In this document: one piece after another, positions 1 through 12,725 of the stretch
How the letters are laid out: each line of letters begins with the position of its first letter
Position numbering within the stretch: the first letter of the stretch is position 1
Assembly: GCF_006345805.1 (NCBI RefSeq)
Contig: NC_043001.1
Coordinates: forward strand, 61,628,001 to 61,692,000
Source: Octopus sinensis
Taxonomy: Eukaryota
DNA length: 64,000 bases
Direction of reading: 5' to 3'
Notes under the pieces: model-generated
Told to the model about the DNA's origin: nothing
The model's database searches: none
What the model saw: only the letters and a program-made list of their open reading frames with translations
Made by a program: the position numbers and the translations under genes

Positions 1-1204
1 TTAAATTGCATATGTCTGCCACGTAAATAAGCATGATATTTCGCGGAATTGCACTTATGCGCATGCGTTAAGTGATAGGTGATATAAAAAAATTCAAGTT
101 TTAAAAAATAAACTTTTCGCTATCCAATCACCACCACCAACATCATTATCACCTCTTGCTCCCTCTCTCATTCTCTCCCTCCTCTCTTTTCCTTCTCTGT
201 CTCCTCCCCTTCTCTCTACCTTTCTTTAGCCTCACCATCAGAACATCACCCCTCTGCTAAAATCATACACCTAACTCTCTTTCTCTACATCTCCCCTTCA
301 ACTAATTATTTCAGCCACGTAATAATTGTGTTCCTCCTACCTCACATCATGGACGCTTTTCGCTCCCTTTTACTCTTTCCGCCTTATTATCTCTCCCTCT
401 CTTTCTTTTTCCCTCTTTCTGTCTCTCTCTCTCTTCGCCTTATGCTCTTTTTCTCTCTCCATATACTTTCTTCTCTCATTCCCTTCAACCAATCACGTTA
501 GAGCGTTACTGACTGGCTAAGTAACGGAATGACAAGCAGAATTATTATATGATATTGAAATGTTACATACTGAACAAGTTTTGTTTAGTCGTACGTATAA
601 GAAATGAACTGTAAATATGTGCCTTACATGTAGGTGTGTATGCGCGCGCGCATGTGTGCATGTGTATGTGCGTGTAATCCCATATATATATATATCCCTC
701 TCCTTCTCCTCCTCTCCCACTTCCTCCTCCTCTCTCCCCTCCCCTCCTCCACTCCTCTCTCTTCTCTCCCCCTCTCACTCTTCCCATAATCCCCACTCTA
801 CCCCAAACCCCAGCCGAACCCACACCCCACATGGGCTTTCCCCACTGTCGTCCCCCCACCTTCCCACAACATCACACCACACTACACTACACCATACGAC
901 ATTACACATCATATCACAACACACCACCCACAGCACACCGCTCACATTACACATCACATCACAACACACCACCCACAGCACACCGCCTACACACCCATCC
1001 CCACATCTTTACACCTACGCATACATACACATATCATATCACAACACACCACCCACACACCCATCCCCATATATCCACACCCACACATACATACATACAC
1101 ACGTCCAGACCACCAGCCCTCTTTCACACGTACATACATACTCTTTTATACGCACACGCACCTTCAGGTTGGGGCGAAGCCACTTGGCCCCGTTATCCCT
1201 CTAG
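1..1204 (+). mobile_element. Possible 3' part of a non-autonomous Helitron-like element with CT/CA low-complexity interior
   Basis: Ends in a GC-rich hairpin (ggggcgaagccacttggcccc, about 1170-1190) followed shortly by CTAG (1201-1204). The 5' end is not in the window. Confidence 0.3.
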
Positions 1205-1289
1205 CGTCTAACGTCTGATCTCTGACGTCTGACCTCTGACCTCTGACTTCTGCCTGAAATCAGAACGCCATGATGGACCGTTAGCTCCT

Positions 1290-1468
1290 ACACGCATTTT
1301 TTCTCTCCTTGCTTCTCTCCTTGTTTCTTTTGTGTATCTTTCTGTCGAAGAGCGTAGGCTCGAAACGAAAAAGACTTGTTTTATTTCTATTTCTGAGCGC
1401 CATAATATTGCAATTGTTTGTTTGTACTCCATCTGCCTTCGTCTTTTGTTTATTTTCGTAAATCTTCC

Positions 1469-1474
<6 letters not shown>
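1290..1474 (+). repeat. Short dispersed repeat with a degenerate minimal hammerhead-like motif (relatives at about 6360-6560 and 9380-9570)
   Basis: tcttt-CTGTCGA-agagc gtag gctc-GAAACG-aaaaaga. The 6425 copy has canonical CTGACGA. All copies end at (TA)n. Confidence 0.45.
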
Positions 1475-1499
<25 letters not shown>

Positions 1500-1783
1500 C
1501 AATAATATGTTACATTATTCAATAGTCAAGATAAAACTCTGAGTTTCAGATGCCGAAGTGGGAATCCACGACATCTCTTCGGTTATCTGGCTATTTGAAA
1601 ACGCTATGAAAAAATACCGTTATACAAAGGGAAATTACTGTGTTATAACTCTGCTTGCCTGCGTACTTATTCATCGCTCGCATTTTTCGCCATAAAAATT
1701 ATATAAAAATACATAAAAAATATATAAAAAATATATAAAAATATATATAAAATCTTCTTGGGACATAACATAGAAAGCATGTT

Positions 1784-1989
1784 CTATTTGTTTTCTTTAG
1801 GGGACCAAAAACGTAACAGAAATTTAGTCACATGTGGGCATGAACCAAAAAGTTCTGTCCTTGTGTTTAGACATGTAGTAGGGTCTAAGCTGCTTTTCCA
1901 GATAAGCCATCTCTCCATGTCGCATAGACCGCACCTTCCGCTGCCATTGGTATAGGGCTTACATCTGGCCAAAATCTTCCAATGTATGT
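1784..1989 (-). pseudogene. C-terminus of a Penelope-type GIY-YIG endonuclease
   Basis: WKILARCKPY..GRCGLCDMERWLI..CLNTRTELFGSCPHVTKFLL matches the W-x-I..Y..C-x-LC-x2-E..LN-x-R-x-E..C-x-H pattern of PLE ORF C-termini. Confidence 0.75.
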
Positions 1990-2072
1990 ATAAGTACGCA
2001 GGCAAGCAGAGTTATAACACAGTAATTTCCCTTTGTATAACGGTATTTTTTCATAGCGTTTTCAAATAACCA

Positions 2073-2130
2073 GATAACCGAAGAGATGTCGTGGATTCCC
2101 ACTTCGGCATTTGAAACTCAGAGTTTTATC
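2073..2130 (+). ncRNA. Type I hammerhead ribozyme, U4C core variant (mirror copy 1530-1587 on minus)
   Basis: gataa-CCGAAGA-gatgtcg...cggcatt-GAAA-ctc a gag-TT-ttatc; stem I gataa/ttatc. Confidence 0.6.
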
Positions 2131-2631
2131 TTGACTATTGAGCAATGTAACATATTATTGTATAGATAAATTTCCTCTATTTACATAATATTAAGGTCTC
2201 TTTCTTTCTTTTGTTATCTTTTGTTATCTTACCGTTTTACCAATATATATATATATAATATATATATATATTATATATATATATATATATATATGCATTA
2301 TGTAGATAGCGTTCGAGTTGTGTCCTCTTGAAGCACCACTGCTTATTCCATTAATCCAAAGACACCTGCAGATACTATATTTGTATGAGGTATGCATAGG
2401 AGTTGAAAATTTAGGAAAATACTTTTATTTTGTAGCGTAAGTACGTATCAAAACAGGAGATTGGAAAAAAGTTTGGTATTATCTATTGACCATTAAAAAA
2501 CTTGTACAACTAGGAGAAACTGTAGATATAGAAGAAACACATAAGACATTATTTATTTGAAATTATTCTGGTAGAGTAGCGTAGCAAATAACAGAAAAAT
2601 TACATTTGGATGAAACGTTTATATATATATA

Positions 2632-2669
<38 letters not shown>

Positions 2670-2813
2670 TCCAGAAGTTGTATAGATAGTTGGATGGGAG
2701 ATAAAGAGCAAGAATTAATATATTCACTACGAATTCCTCCAAACTAACTTTCTTCCTACACCTCGATTCCTAGATCTTACATTTATATATATATATACAT
2801 ACATAGATTCATA

Positions 2814-3263
2814 TCTATTATATAAAATCCGTTCTGTCTGTCTGTGTGTGTGTATCTTCTAGGATCTCGGGCATCCTCCATCCGATTGCGCTCAAATTTG
2901 ATATGTAGATACCGACGGTATCAGAGCGTGTATAAGTCTTGAAAAAATTACAAAAATCGATTTCAGGTGAGAATGCGATCGATAAAGCCGTGGAAACGTG
3001 CATTTGTACGCGCAAGTATATCAGCTGTTGTAATGTAGTTACTGGTACTCTAAACTTTTCCGTTGCATATTTGTGTGAATAAAATCGTTTTTCTTTGGAA
3101 TTGAAAAGTCTATCTTTATTTCTTCTTTTACTGGTGCCTCAAATTTAGGTGTTTCTCAAAGGGGAGGCCTATGGGACGGTCGGACAATTTGTTTTGAGAA
3201 AATTTGGTTTAAATGTTTGACAACTCAGCACCGTCCATTGGACAGTGGGGGAGCCTTTTGCTC

Positions 3264-3266
<3 letters not shown>
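2814..3266 (+). mobile_element. Non-autonomous Helitron-like element (second copy 63107-63650, opposite strand)
   Basis: 5' tc-tattatataaaa start. About 200 bp near-identical to the 63450-63650 reverse complement. 3' hairpin gtcca-t-tggac then CTCGT. Confidence 0.55.
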
Positions 3267-3319
<53 letters not shown>

Positions 3320-3325
<6 letters not shown>

Positions 3326-4000
3326 ACCCGAAAATGAACAGCATCCTAAATACACACAAACTACTAAAATGCAAAAGACAAGAGAAATTACTCAAGAGAC
3401 TCCTAACAAATGCAAAACTATACTCAATACAAACGATACCAACAGTTAAAAAATGCAGACAACCTAGTTGTGGTACACACCCATACCTAACTGAAGGCTA
3501 CATTCCAGCAAGGACAACTTCACATGTTCTTCCCAGAACCTTATCTATGTCCTAAACTGCTCAGGTTGTGGTCACAATTATGTGGGCCAAGCGAGCCTTA
3601 CTTTGAGACGCAGAGTCACGCTGCACAAAGAACAGACTCGTTTCCCTCAATACAGGCAGATACAGACATATCGAGAGATGCGCAAGTAATAAAACGCCGA
3701 ATTTTCATATCTTTCCATTATATCAATGCAAAATTCAATCTCTGTACAAGAACGCCTAAACAATGAAAGCCTGTTCATACAAAAGTACAAACCACTCTCC
3801 CGACGCATTCTTTTTATTCTTCAAACATCCAAAATGAGGAAACCCGTCTATCACGAGAACTGACTACTGTACAATGTCCCATGAAAAGCTAATTTAAATA
3901 GCGAAAACCGGTTGGATTTCACGACATCTATATAATATGTATATATTTATAAAAATATATTAAACTATATGAAACGAAGGAATTTCTCTTCTGCATATTT
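3320..4000 (+). pseudogene. Neptune-like Penelope element 3' fragment: GIY-YIG endonuclease plus degenerate hammerhead
   Basis: Frame from 3510: KDNFTCSSQNLIYVLNCSGCGHNYVGQASLTLRRRVTLHKEQ (LIY..C-x2-C..YVGQ..R..H). Upstream KCRQPSCGT Cys linker. Downstream ERLNNESLFIQKYKP. Frameshifted. Decayed gcta/tagc-GAAA-accggtt motif at about 3875-3917. Confidence 0.8.
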
Positions 4001-4002
4001 TC

Positions 4003-4065
<63 letters not shown>

Positions 4066-4067
<2 letters not shown>

Positions 4068-4370
4068 CTTGCATCAATATTATGGTTGTCTTGAAGGCGA
4101 TCCTTTTGCTTTTTTAACCAAATTTTAAGGTGGTCCCTCAGAAAGGCTATGTAAACATCCGCGGTCATTTTAACACCGTCAGACACTTTTCAAGGGCCAC
4201 CCATAATAACTCCAATTATACCTGCCCGAATCATGGTATTATTGGATCAGTCTCACTCTGAGCAAGTATTCCACCTTAATTTTTTCTGTCAATTTTAAAC
4301 TTGATGTCCAGTACGTTTCTCTCGTATGTTTACGTATTTTTCACTCGTTGGTGATGGCCTGTACATAATG
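4066..4370 (-). mobile_element. Tc1/mariner transposase fragment
   Basis: MIRAGIIG..GVKMTADVYIAFLRDHLKIWLKKQ..MQD resembles the DDE-domain region. Confidence 0.5.
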
Positions 4371-4686
4371 TGTACACACACGCACGCACACACTCTCTCA
4401 CACACGCACAGTCTCTCACACACATCAAGTTTAAAATTATGGTATCAACAGCAGCAACATAGGTGGTCCGGAGGGCAAACAGAATTATTTGGCTATGAAT
4501 TACAAATTTGCACGAAGCGTTGGAAATAAGAGCTAATGTCTTAATTATATATATATATATATTGTTGTATTTAGGTTATTTTAGGTTATTTTGCCAGTTT
4601 AGCCAATAAAAACACACGCCCCATATATTTGGTGTTACTTTGCTTCAGCGTTATTTATTTTTTTACATTAATCTTAATCTTATTTC

Positions 4687-4731
4687 GGCCAGCGTTCTTT
4701 CGTCACACTCCAGTGACCTCATCAGTGGTCC
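4687..4731 (-). ncRNA. Minimal hammerhead-like motif, probably with a mutated cleavage triplet, in a dispersed repeat (partial copy about 9620-9720)
   Basis: Minus strand: ggacca-CTGATGA-ggtcac tggagt gtgac-GAAA-gaacgc-tggcc. Confidence 0.45.
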
Positions 4732-4981
4732 TTTGCTTTCTTCTTCCTTATTTGTGTGTTTTTCATTACTAACGGTCAGCCATTTTGTATTTTGTATTCC
4801 TACTGTATGTGTCTTCATTTGTGCATGCGTATACATCTATGTCTGTTTATGTTTAGTTAATGTGTGTGGTGGGAAGTGCCTGTAATATTTGTATCTCCTG
4901 TTTATATACATTCGTGTAATTTGCTTTTGTTTTTGTTTATTTTTATTTTGTTCATGTGTTTACACCTTCTTCTTCTTCTTC

Positions 4982-5015
<34 letters not shown>

Positions 5016-5024
5016 TCTTTACAC

Positions 5025-5351
5025 TTTTACTCTTTTACTTGTTTCAATCATTTGACTGCAGCCATGCTGGAGCACCGCCTTTAGTCGAGAAAATCGACAC
5101 GGGACTTATTCTTTGTAAGCCCAGTACTTATTCTATCGGTCTCTTTTTTTGCCGAACCGCTAAGTGACGGGGACGTAAACACACCAGCATCGGTTGTCAA
5201 GCAATGCTAGGGGGACAAACACAGACACACAAACATATACACACACACTTATATATATATACATATATACGACAGGCTTCTTTCAGTTTCCGTCTACCAA
5301 ATCCACTCACAAGGCATTGGTCGGCCCGGGGCTATAGCAGAAGACACTTAC
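5025..5351 (-). mobile_element. Abundant SINE family (other copies about 6630-6725, 8820-9000, 9720-9940, 10693-11245, 14230-14480, 44900-45085, 56350-56580, 62040-62200)
   Basis: Recurrent blocks gccatgctggagcaccgcc, ttgccgaaccgctaag and ccgtctaccaaatccactcacaagg across the window, with an internal microsatellite. Confidence 0.7.
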
Positions 5352-5800
5352 CCGAGTTGTGGACCAGAGCGTTGTCCTGCAGGAGGAGGATGCCTTTGGT
5401 GATCTTGCCCCGCCTCTTGATTTTGATAGCTTCTCTTAATTTCCTCAAAAGTGAAGCATAATAGGCTCCTGTAATTGTGGCACCATTTGCCAGGAAATCT
5501 GTCATCACTACTCCATCCTGGTCCCAGAAGACTGTGAGCATGACTTTGCCAGCGGAGGGCTGCACCCTTGCCTTCTTTGGAGGAGGGAAGTCACGGTGTT
5601 TCCACTGCATTGACTGGGCTTTGGTCTCTGGATCATAGTGATGGACCCAGGTTTCATCCTGTGTAATCAGTCTTTTGAAAAATTTTGACTCATCTTCTTG
5701 GCACATCTCCAAATTCATCCTCGAGCAATCGACGCGTTCTTGCTTCTGGAAAGATGTGAGCAGCCTGGGAATCCATCTGGAAGACACCTTTTGCATATGT
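5352..5800 (-). mobile_element. Mariner transposase internal fragment (uninterrupted reading frame)
   Basis: KVSSRWIPRLLT, ITQDETWVHHYDPETK, SAGKVMLTVFWD and LLQDNA motifs. Confidence 0.92.
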
Positions 5801-5954
5801 ATTCTTTACGATCTTTTTAAAAGGCTACGAATTTTTTCAGAAAATTTATTCTGAAGCGCCCCCACTAATAGACGAAAGTGCTAAATAATTATCCAAATTT
5901 CTGACTGCCTCCTTTTTTTAATATACAAATTCTAGATAAATAGATAGACACACA

Positions 5955-6045
<91 letters not shown>

Positions 6046-6067
6046 CACACATATATATATATATATA

Positions 6068-6240
6068 TCAATAAATATAAGGGTAGCAAAAAATTCTAGA
6101 AAAAATTCTCCGCTACCAGCGGTCCAGTGAGAAAGGAAAGATAGTCAAAGACTATATAATATACATTAAAAAATATAAGGAATGGCCATAATAGGACATT
6201 CGACTCACTAGAAAGAGCAGCCAACTCAAACCGCTAATAG
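6068..6240 (-). repeat. Diverged fragment of the 475-bp retrozyme-like unit
   Basis: agggtagcaaaaaattc..cgctaccagcgg..atagtcaaagacta..aggaatggcc..agaaagagcagcca aligns to 57345-57505 with multiple substitutions. Starts at (TA)n. Confidence 0.85.
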
Positions 6241-6253
6241 TTTATTTTTTTAA

Positions 6254-6334
<81 letters not shown>

Positions 6335-6553
6335 CTGTGTGTGTGTCTGTGTGACCGCGTGTGTATCGTTGGCGATATTCTTCCTCCGTCTTCCCTTATT
6401 TGTACCTTTCCCTTTTCTATGTTTCTGACGAAGAGCTATGCTCGAAACGTTATATCTTCCTTCTTTCTTTCATTTCCTGAGCGTCCAATAACACTATACT
6501 TGTTCTACGTCCTCGCGTTGTTGTGTTTTCCCTTTGTGTTTTCATGTTTGGAT

Positions 6554-6623
<70 letters not shown>

Positions 6624-6727
6624 ATCATTTATTCTTCTTGCTTCAGTCATTCTGAAATTGCACTGCGATCACGCTGGGGCACCGCCTTAAGGAATTTTAG
6701 ACGAACGAAATGACACCAGTACTAATG

Positions 6728-6777
<50 letters not shown>

Positions 6778-7269
6778 GCAATAAATATATATATATATTT
6801 ATTTCTATTTCCATGTTATTTTTCACGTCTACACTGTCACAATACAGCTCTAGAACTTTAGACCAGACATACGACACCCTTTGTATCTTTATATATTTAT
6901 ATACTTATTTTTTTTACATTTTTACTCTTTTTTTGCATTTTTACTTTTTTTACATTTTTACACTTTTATTACATTTTGCACTTACTATTATCCCGTATAA
7001 TCATGTTTAGATTTATACATATACTTTTTCCTCTTTGTGATCCCAAACTCATTAAAGATTCACCCCCTTCCACTCCTTCCCTCTTTATCTTAACATCCAA
7101 CCTCCTCATTCTATATCGAGTGAAAAACAGTATGGACGTTTTGTTTTGGTGTCTCGCTTTGCTATATACGACTATGAGGATTTCCATCCCCAACGAAACT
7201 CGTTTTTTTCCCAAACTTCTTCTCAAACCTGCTATAATGTAATACATGTCTTTGGTGTGATATTTGTGC

Positions 7270-7356
7270 GCGGCTGAAGAAGGCTATTGACATACATGTT
7301 ACATCAATTATGCATTGATATAAACTGTCCAATAAAGCCAGAAACATATGTACCGC
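7270..7356 (+). ncRNA. Type I hammerhead ribozyme with intact core
   Basis: gcgg-CTGAAGA-aggct...long stem II...agcca-GAAAC-ATAT-GTA-ccgc. Stem I gcgg/ccgc, palindromic stem III acatatgt, GUA cleavage site. Confidence 0.85.
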
Positions 7357-8124
7357 TAAATCCCTTGCATCCTGTTTTTCTATCACCTACACCACTAACT
7401 GGCATATACAGGTGCTTACAGTTTTCAAGTATTCACCCTGAATTGTATATATATATATATATATATCCACACACATACGTATATATATAGTGCACACACA
7501 CATACACACACACCCTTATGCACACACATATTTATGTGCGTGTTTGTATGTGTATGTGTTAGTGAAATTAAACTTTTGAGCTCAGATATTAAGTTTACTT
7601 CAATACATATGACTATTTAGTTACTTTCATGATTAAATGAATGTGAGAAAAAGATTACCAGATTTCACAAGAGAGATATTATGATATTGTTTGTAAATGA
7701 AACAAATACAATTCAGCAAAAAAAAAAATTATAAACATATGCAAGTGGCAGTGCAATGTGATTTCTCCAAATAGTTTAACCTACATCTTAACATAGATTA
7801 AATTCAACTGCTATTTCTAACTGATTTCTGTTATTTATATTCCATGTTGAACTTTGAAAAAAATCCCACATTGCTGCTGAGAACTAAGATTAACGGTAAG
7901 AAAAATGTATCGCAATGTTAATAATCAAATTGTGTTATATCAAAACCTTTTTTTTTTATCACTCTATTTTTATCACTTTATTCTTTCAAACCCTACATTT
8001 TTGTTAAATTAAAACATGCTCTGTGATTGGATCTCAAACACAAACTTAAATCAAAGGAACGCGGGTATCTTTGATTTCGGCTGATTTGAGTCAAACATCT
8101 ATCCTACTTGATTTTAATTCCCAT

Positions 8125-8465
8125 CCAGCTGAGGAACACATACACCATGGAAACCGGGAAAGCGGGCCTATGAGCCTGGCTAGGCTTTAAAAGGGCGCAT
8201 TTGTGGAGGCGCGTGGCTTAGTGGTTAGGGTGTCAGCATCATGATCGAAAGATTGTGGTTTCGATTCCTGGACCGGGTGACACGTTGTGTTCTTAAGCAA
8301 AACACTTCATTTCACGTTGCTCCAGTCCACTCAGCTGGCAAAAGTGAGTAACGCTGCAATGGACTGGCGTCCCGTCCAGCTGGGGAACATATATGCCATT
8401 GAAACCAGGAAACCGGGCCCATGAGCCTGGCTAGGCTTTAAAAGGGCGCATTTATTTTTATTTTA
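8125..8465 (+). mobile_element. tRNA-derived SINE preceded by a duplicate of its own 3' end
   Basis: A box tggcttagtgg and B box ggtttcgattcc. 8125-8202 repeats 8376-8452. (tttta)n tail. Confidence 0.8.
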
Positions 8466-8652
8466 TTTTATGAAACATTCGAGTGCGTATGTGAAACTGC
8501 TGTTTCAGTAGCGTTAGAGCTCTATCATAGATCATGGAAGTCACTTCTCAGATTAAAAACTCTGGAGGCCATTTCTTTTGAAGATTGCTAAATTGTTAGC
8601 AGCTTTTTATTCGTTGGCGCCTGGGGGTAGTTTAATCAAAGTCTGAGGACGA

Positions 8653-8718
<66 letters not shown>

Positions 8719-9021
8719 CTTATCTATCTATCTACCTACCTACCTACCTACCTACCTACCTACCTACCCACCTACCTACCTACCTACCTACCTATCTGTC
8801 TGTCAATCTGTCTATATTCCTTTATTCTTTTATTTCTTTCAGCGCCTTTAATTGAACAAATCGAACCCCGCCTTATTCTTCGTAAGTCTAGTATTTATTG
8901 TATTGGTAGCTTTTGCCGAACCGCTAAATTACGGGGACGTAAACACACAAACATCGTTTATCAAGCGACGGTGGCGTGACAAACACAGTCACACAAATAC
9001 ATACATATGCATATGTATATA

Positions 9022-9055
<34 letters not shown>

Positions 9056-9565
9056 TGTGTGTGTGTGTGGTGTGTATGTGTGTGTGTGTGTGTGTAAGAA
9101 ATTAAAGAAGAAAATGCACACATTTTATGTAGTTCTAATATAATTTTTAATATATATTATATTGTGTTTGTCGACCGGTTTCACTTTCGCATGACATTAG
9201 AATTTATTTACATGCGTATTTTCTTAAGAAACATTTTTTTGTCCACGTTGTGTGTGGAGTTTAGGAATGAATTATTCAACAAGTAGAAAACCTAAGGGGA
9301 GGTAATTAGTTATCGTTATTATTGTGGACAGGGGAATTGTTGTTCATCTTTCGGTAGGGGGTGAAAGCAGTCGCCATGATAGATCGGTAGCCACTACACA
9401 CATTTTTTTCTCTTCTTGTTTCTCTGCTTGTTTTTTTCTGTGTTCCTTTCTGTAGAAGAGCGTAGGCTCGAAGCGTAAAAGACTTTTTCAATTCCTGAGC
9501 TTTATACGAATACATCTGTTTGTTTTGTACAGCACCTGTCTTCGTCTTTTTGTTTCGTTAACTCT

Positions 9566-9603
<38 letters not shown>

Positions 9604-10842
9604 ATATTTCGGAATGGTCATATTGCCAGTTTAGCCAATAAAAACACACGCACTATATATTTGGTGTTATTTTGCTTCAGTGTTATTTATTTTTTACATT
9701 AAACTTAATCTTATTTCGGCTACCAAATCTCACAAGGCTTCGATCGGCCCGAGGCTATAGTACAGGACACTAGCCTAAGGTGCCACGCAATGGGACCGAA
9801 CACGGAACCATCTGTAATATACCAACCACATTCGACTCTTCCAATGTTTCGAGTTCTATTATTCTTGTTTGCATCGCATAACACAAACACACACACACAA
9901 ACTGTATGGGAAGCAAGCTTATTGCCACACAGCCATTCCTATATATTTATGTATAGTATATATGTTGCCTGAGTAATTACCTACATGATCCGTTTTAAAC
10001 AACACCAAAGTCAGCTTATTCTTCAATTGCTCAGGTTTTAATTTGCTAAAATAAAATGCAATTGAATTATGTTCTCTGAAATCAATAGAATCATTAAAAC
10101 AAATTATGTAAAATTTCACACTTACCTATGAGGATAAAGGGAAGCAGATATTTTTCAACGATAGGGAGTACATTAGTCTATTAGGATCTAATTAATCAAT
10201 GCAAAGAAGCATTAGATTTAAATTATTATTGTATATATAAAAAAATGTTTATTTCAACGCCTTCGATTTCAACTTAAAACTGGTTAATCCTTTAATGCTT
10301 CAAATATAATATTATTTATTTGCCAAATGATGGATGTATTGGGAAAAAACAGAAAAGTATGGGTTAACTTATGGAATCGTGTAGCTTCCCACTATCTACA
10401 CAACACTGACAAATTGACGGTCTAATAAAATTGCAAAGAACAGAAACACCGGTAGACATTGAGCTGGCATATTTATGAAACAGTATCGGCTGTTGCTACT
10501 CTTAAATATATCTGTCTCACTATACAAAATAAACTAATAAACGTTTAGACGTTCGACTCGCAAATATTTAAGTATTTTGAAACTATATCTTAGCCAGGCT
10601 TGCCGGAAGAGTGTTTCTTTAAAATTCACTCATTGGAATATGATTTCCATTAAAATTTTACAAATTAGATGTGATTATTCGACGTATAGTTGCAGGTGTG
10701 GTTGTGTGGTAAGAAAGTTGCTTCCCAGCAGATGGTTTCGAGTTCAGTCTCACTTCATGACACGTTTGACAGGTTCTATAGCCCCGGGTCGACCAAAGCT
10801 TTATGAGTGGATTTGGTAGACGTAAATTGAAAGAATCATATT

Positions 10843-10902
<60 letters not shown>

Positions 10903-10945
10903 ATATATTTATGAGAATTAGAGACAGACAGACAGACAGAAAGAC

Positions 10946-11037
<92 letters not shown>

Positions 11038-11505
11038 GGATGGATGTGTGTTTGTATTTGCCTCCACCACCCCTTGACAACTGGCGGCTTTTACATCCTC
11101 GTAACTCACCGGTTTGGCAAAAAAGAATCGATACAGTAAGCAACAGGCTTCATAAATATGTAATGTGGTAAATTTGTTCGACTAAGCATTTCAGGGCGGT
11201 GACCAAGCATGGCTGCATTCCACTGACTGAAACAAATGAAAGATATGATATAAAAGATATCCTTAAGATATCTTTTATATCAGATAATTGTGAGAATTAT
11301 CTTTTGAATACACATCCTTTCATATCCTGTACTTAGGAATACGGAAAAATAAATCAATAGAACATTGGGACCAAACTCTGGTTAACGTTGAACTCACAGT
11401 GTAGACATATACAATTAGGTAGGGAATAAAATGTTCACAGTCTCACACACTTTCTGACATTCGAACAGCTCTCATCTCATAAATTTTGATGTAGACTGGT
11501 ATATA

Positions 11506-12725
11506 TTGGGTTGGCAAGAAAGTAATTTCGTTTTTCGCAAATAGAGTTACGATTTTTTAAAATAACTTTTGCCAATGTTATGATTTTTTCCTTTTCACAT
11601 TTGATAGCATTACCTTTGATATCCTTTACCATTTGATAGCCTTTACTGTAATTTTGTTTACAGCTGTTACTTCAGTGTCAATTTTAGCATGAAGTGCAAA
11701 AACGAATATTTTCGCCATATTTTGCATTTTTTTATTTCTGTAAAGGCAAGAAAGCTGCTGAGGCTCACAAAAAGATATGTGAAGTTTATGGTGTCGATCG
11801 TTTAACAGAACGTAAATGTCAGAAATTGTTTTTAAAATTCCGTTCAGGAGATGTTTCACTCAAAGATGACCAAGCTTCTGGTTGACCTACTGAATCTGAT
11901 GATGACGGAATCAAAACAATAATTGAACCTGATTGTCGTATAACTGAGCGAGAGATTGCAGAGAGGTTAAATGTATCAGCCACAATAACTGAAAACCACT
12001 TAAAATGTCTTGGACTCGTTTAAGAAGCGCGATGTTTGGATTCCACGTGAATTGAAAGAAACTCACTTAACACAACGGATCAATATTTGCGATATGCACC
12101 TTAAATGCAATGAAATCGACCATTTTCTTTTTAAACGAATCATCGAAAACGATCATGGTCCAAGCATAATGAACCAGCACAAAACCGCATCGAAAGCTGA
12201 ATTGCATCAAAAAAAGTCATGCTGTCAATTTGGTGGATTTACAAAGGTGTTGTGTATTTTGAGCTGCTTCCAAGGAACCAAACTATCAATCCAGATGTTT
12301 AGTGTCGATAACTAATGAAACTGGATGAAGCAATCAAAGAAAAACGGCCAGAATTGGCAAATCGTAAAAGAATCGTGTTCTACCATGACAACGCTAGACC
12401 ACAACACGTCTTTGCTAACTCGTGAAAGATTACTGGAGTTTGATTGGGAAGTGATATCCTATCCACTATATAGCCCTGAACTTGCACCATCAGATTACCA
12501 TTTATTTTGAAGCTTGCAAACTTTTTGAATGGTATAACTTCCGACAAAGATGATGACATGAAATCGCACTTGTTTCAGGTTTGGGCTGATAAGGACCAGA
12601 AGTTCTGTGAGCGCGGAATCATGAAATGGAAAATACATAATTGATTAAAGTTCATTCTCTGTATGATGAAAAAAAAAACTTATATTTCACACTAAAAAAC
12701 CAAAATTACTTTCTTGCCAACCCAA
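11506..12725 (+). mobile_element. Full-length decayed mariner transposon (mellifera-subfamily-like TIR)
   Basis: TIRs ttgggttggcaagaaagtaatt / aattactttcttgccaacccaa with TA duplications. WIPRELK and YSPELAPSDYHLF motifs. Multiple frameshifts. Confidence 0.93.

Larger units (their letters stand above)
1497..2245. mobile_element. Penelope-like element 3' fragment with inverted duplication (fold-back), between (TA)n tracts
   Basis: Arms 1497-1670 and 1990-2163 are near-perfect reverse complements enclosing a GIY-YIG C-terminal coding fragment. Same family as 56600-57300. Confidence 0.8.

Noticed and set aside
517-1211. His/Thr/Pro-rich ORFs up to 195 aa (also 25824-26372, 21233-21734, 44588-45004, 48166-48530)
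   Set aside because: They are translations of CA, GT, GATA and TAA microsatellites, not genes.
5332-5796. Domesticated SETMAR-like gene
   Set aside because: Internal transposase fragment only, fused to a SINE, with no SET domain or exon structure.
8205-8280. tRNA genes (also 13575-13650 and 42845-42915)
   Set aside because: Imperfect cloverleaves that continue into SINE bodies.
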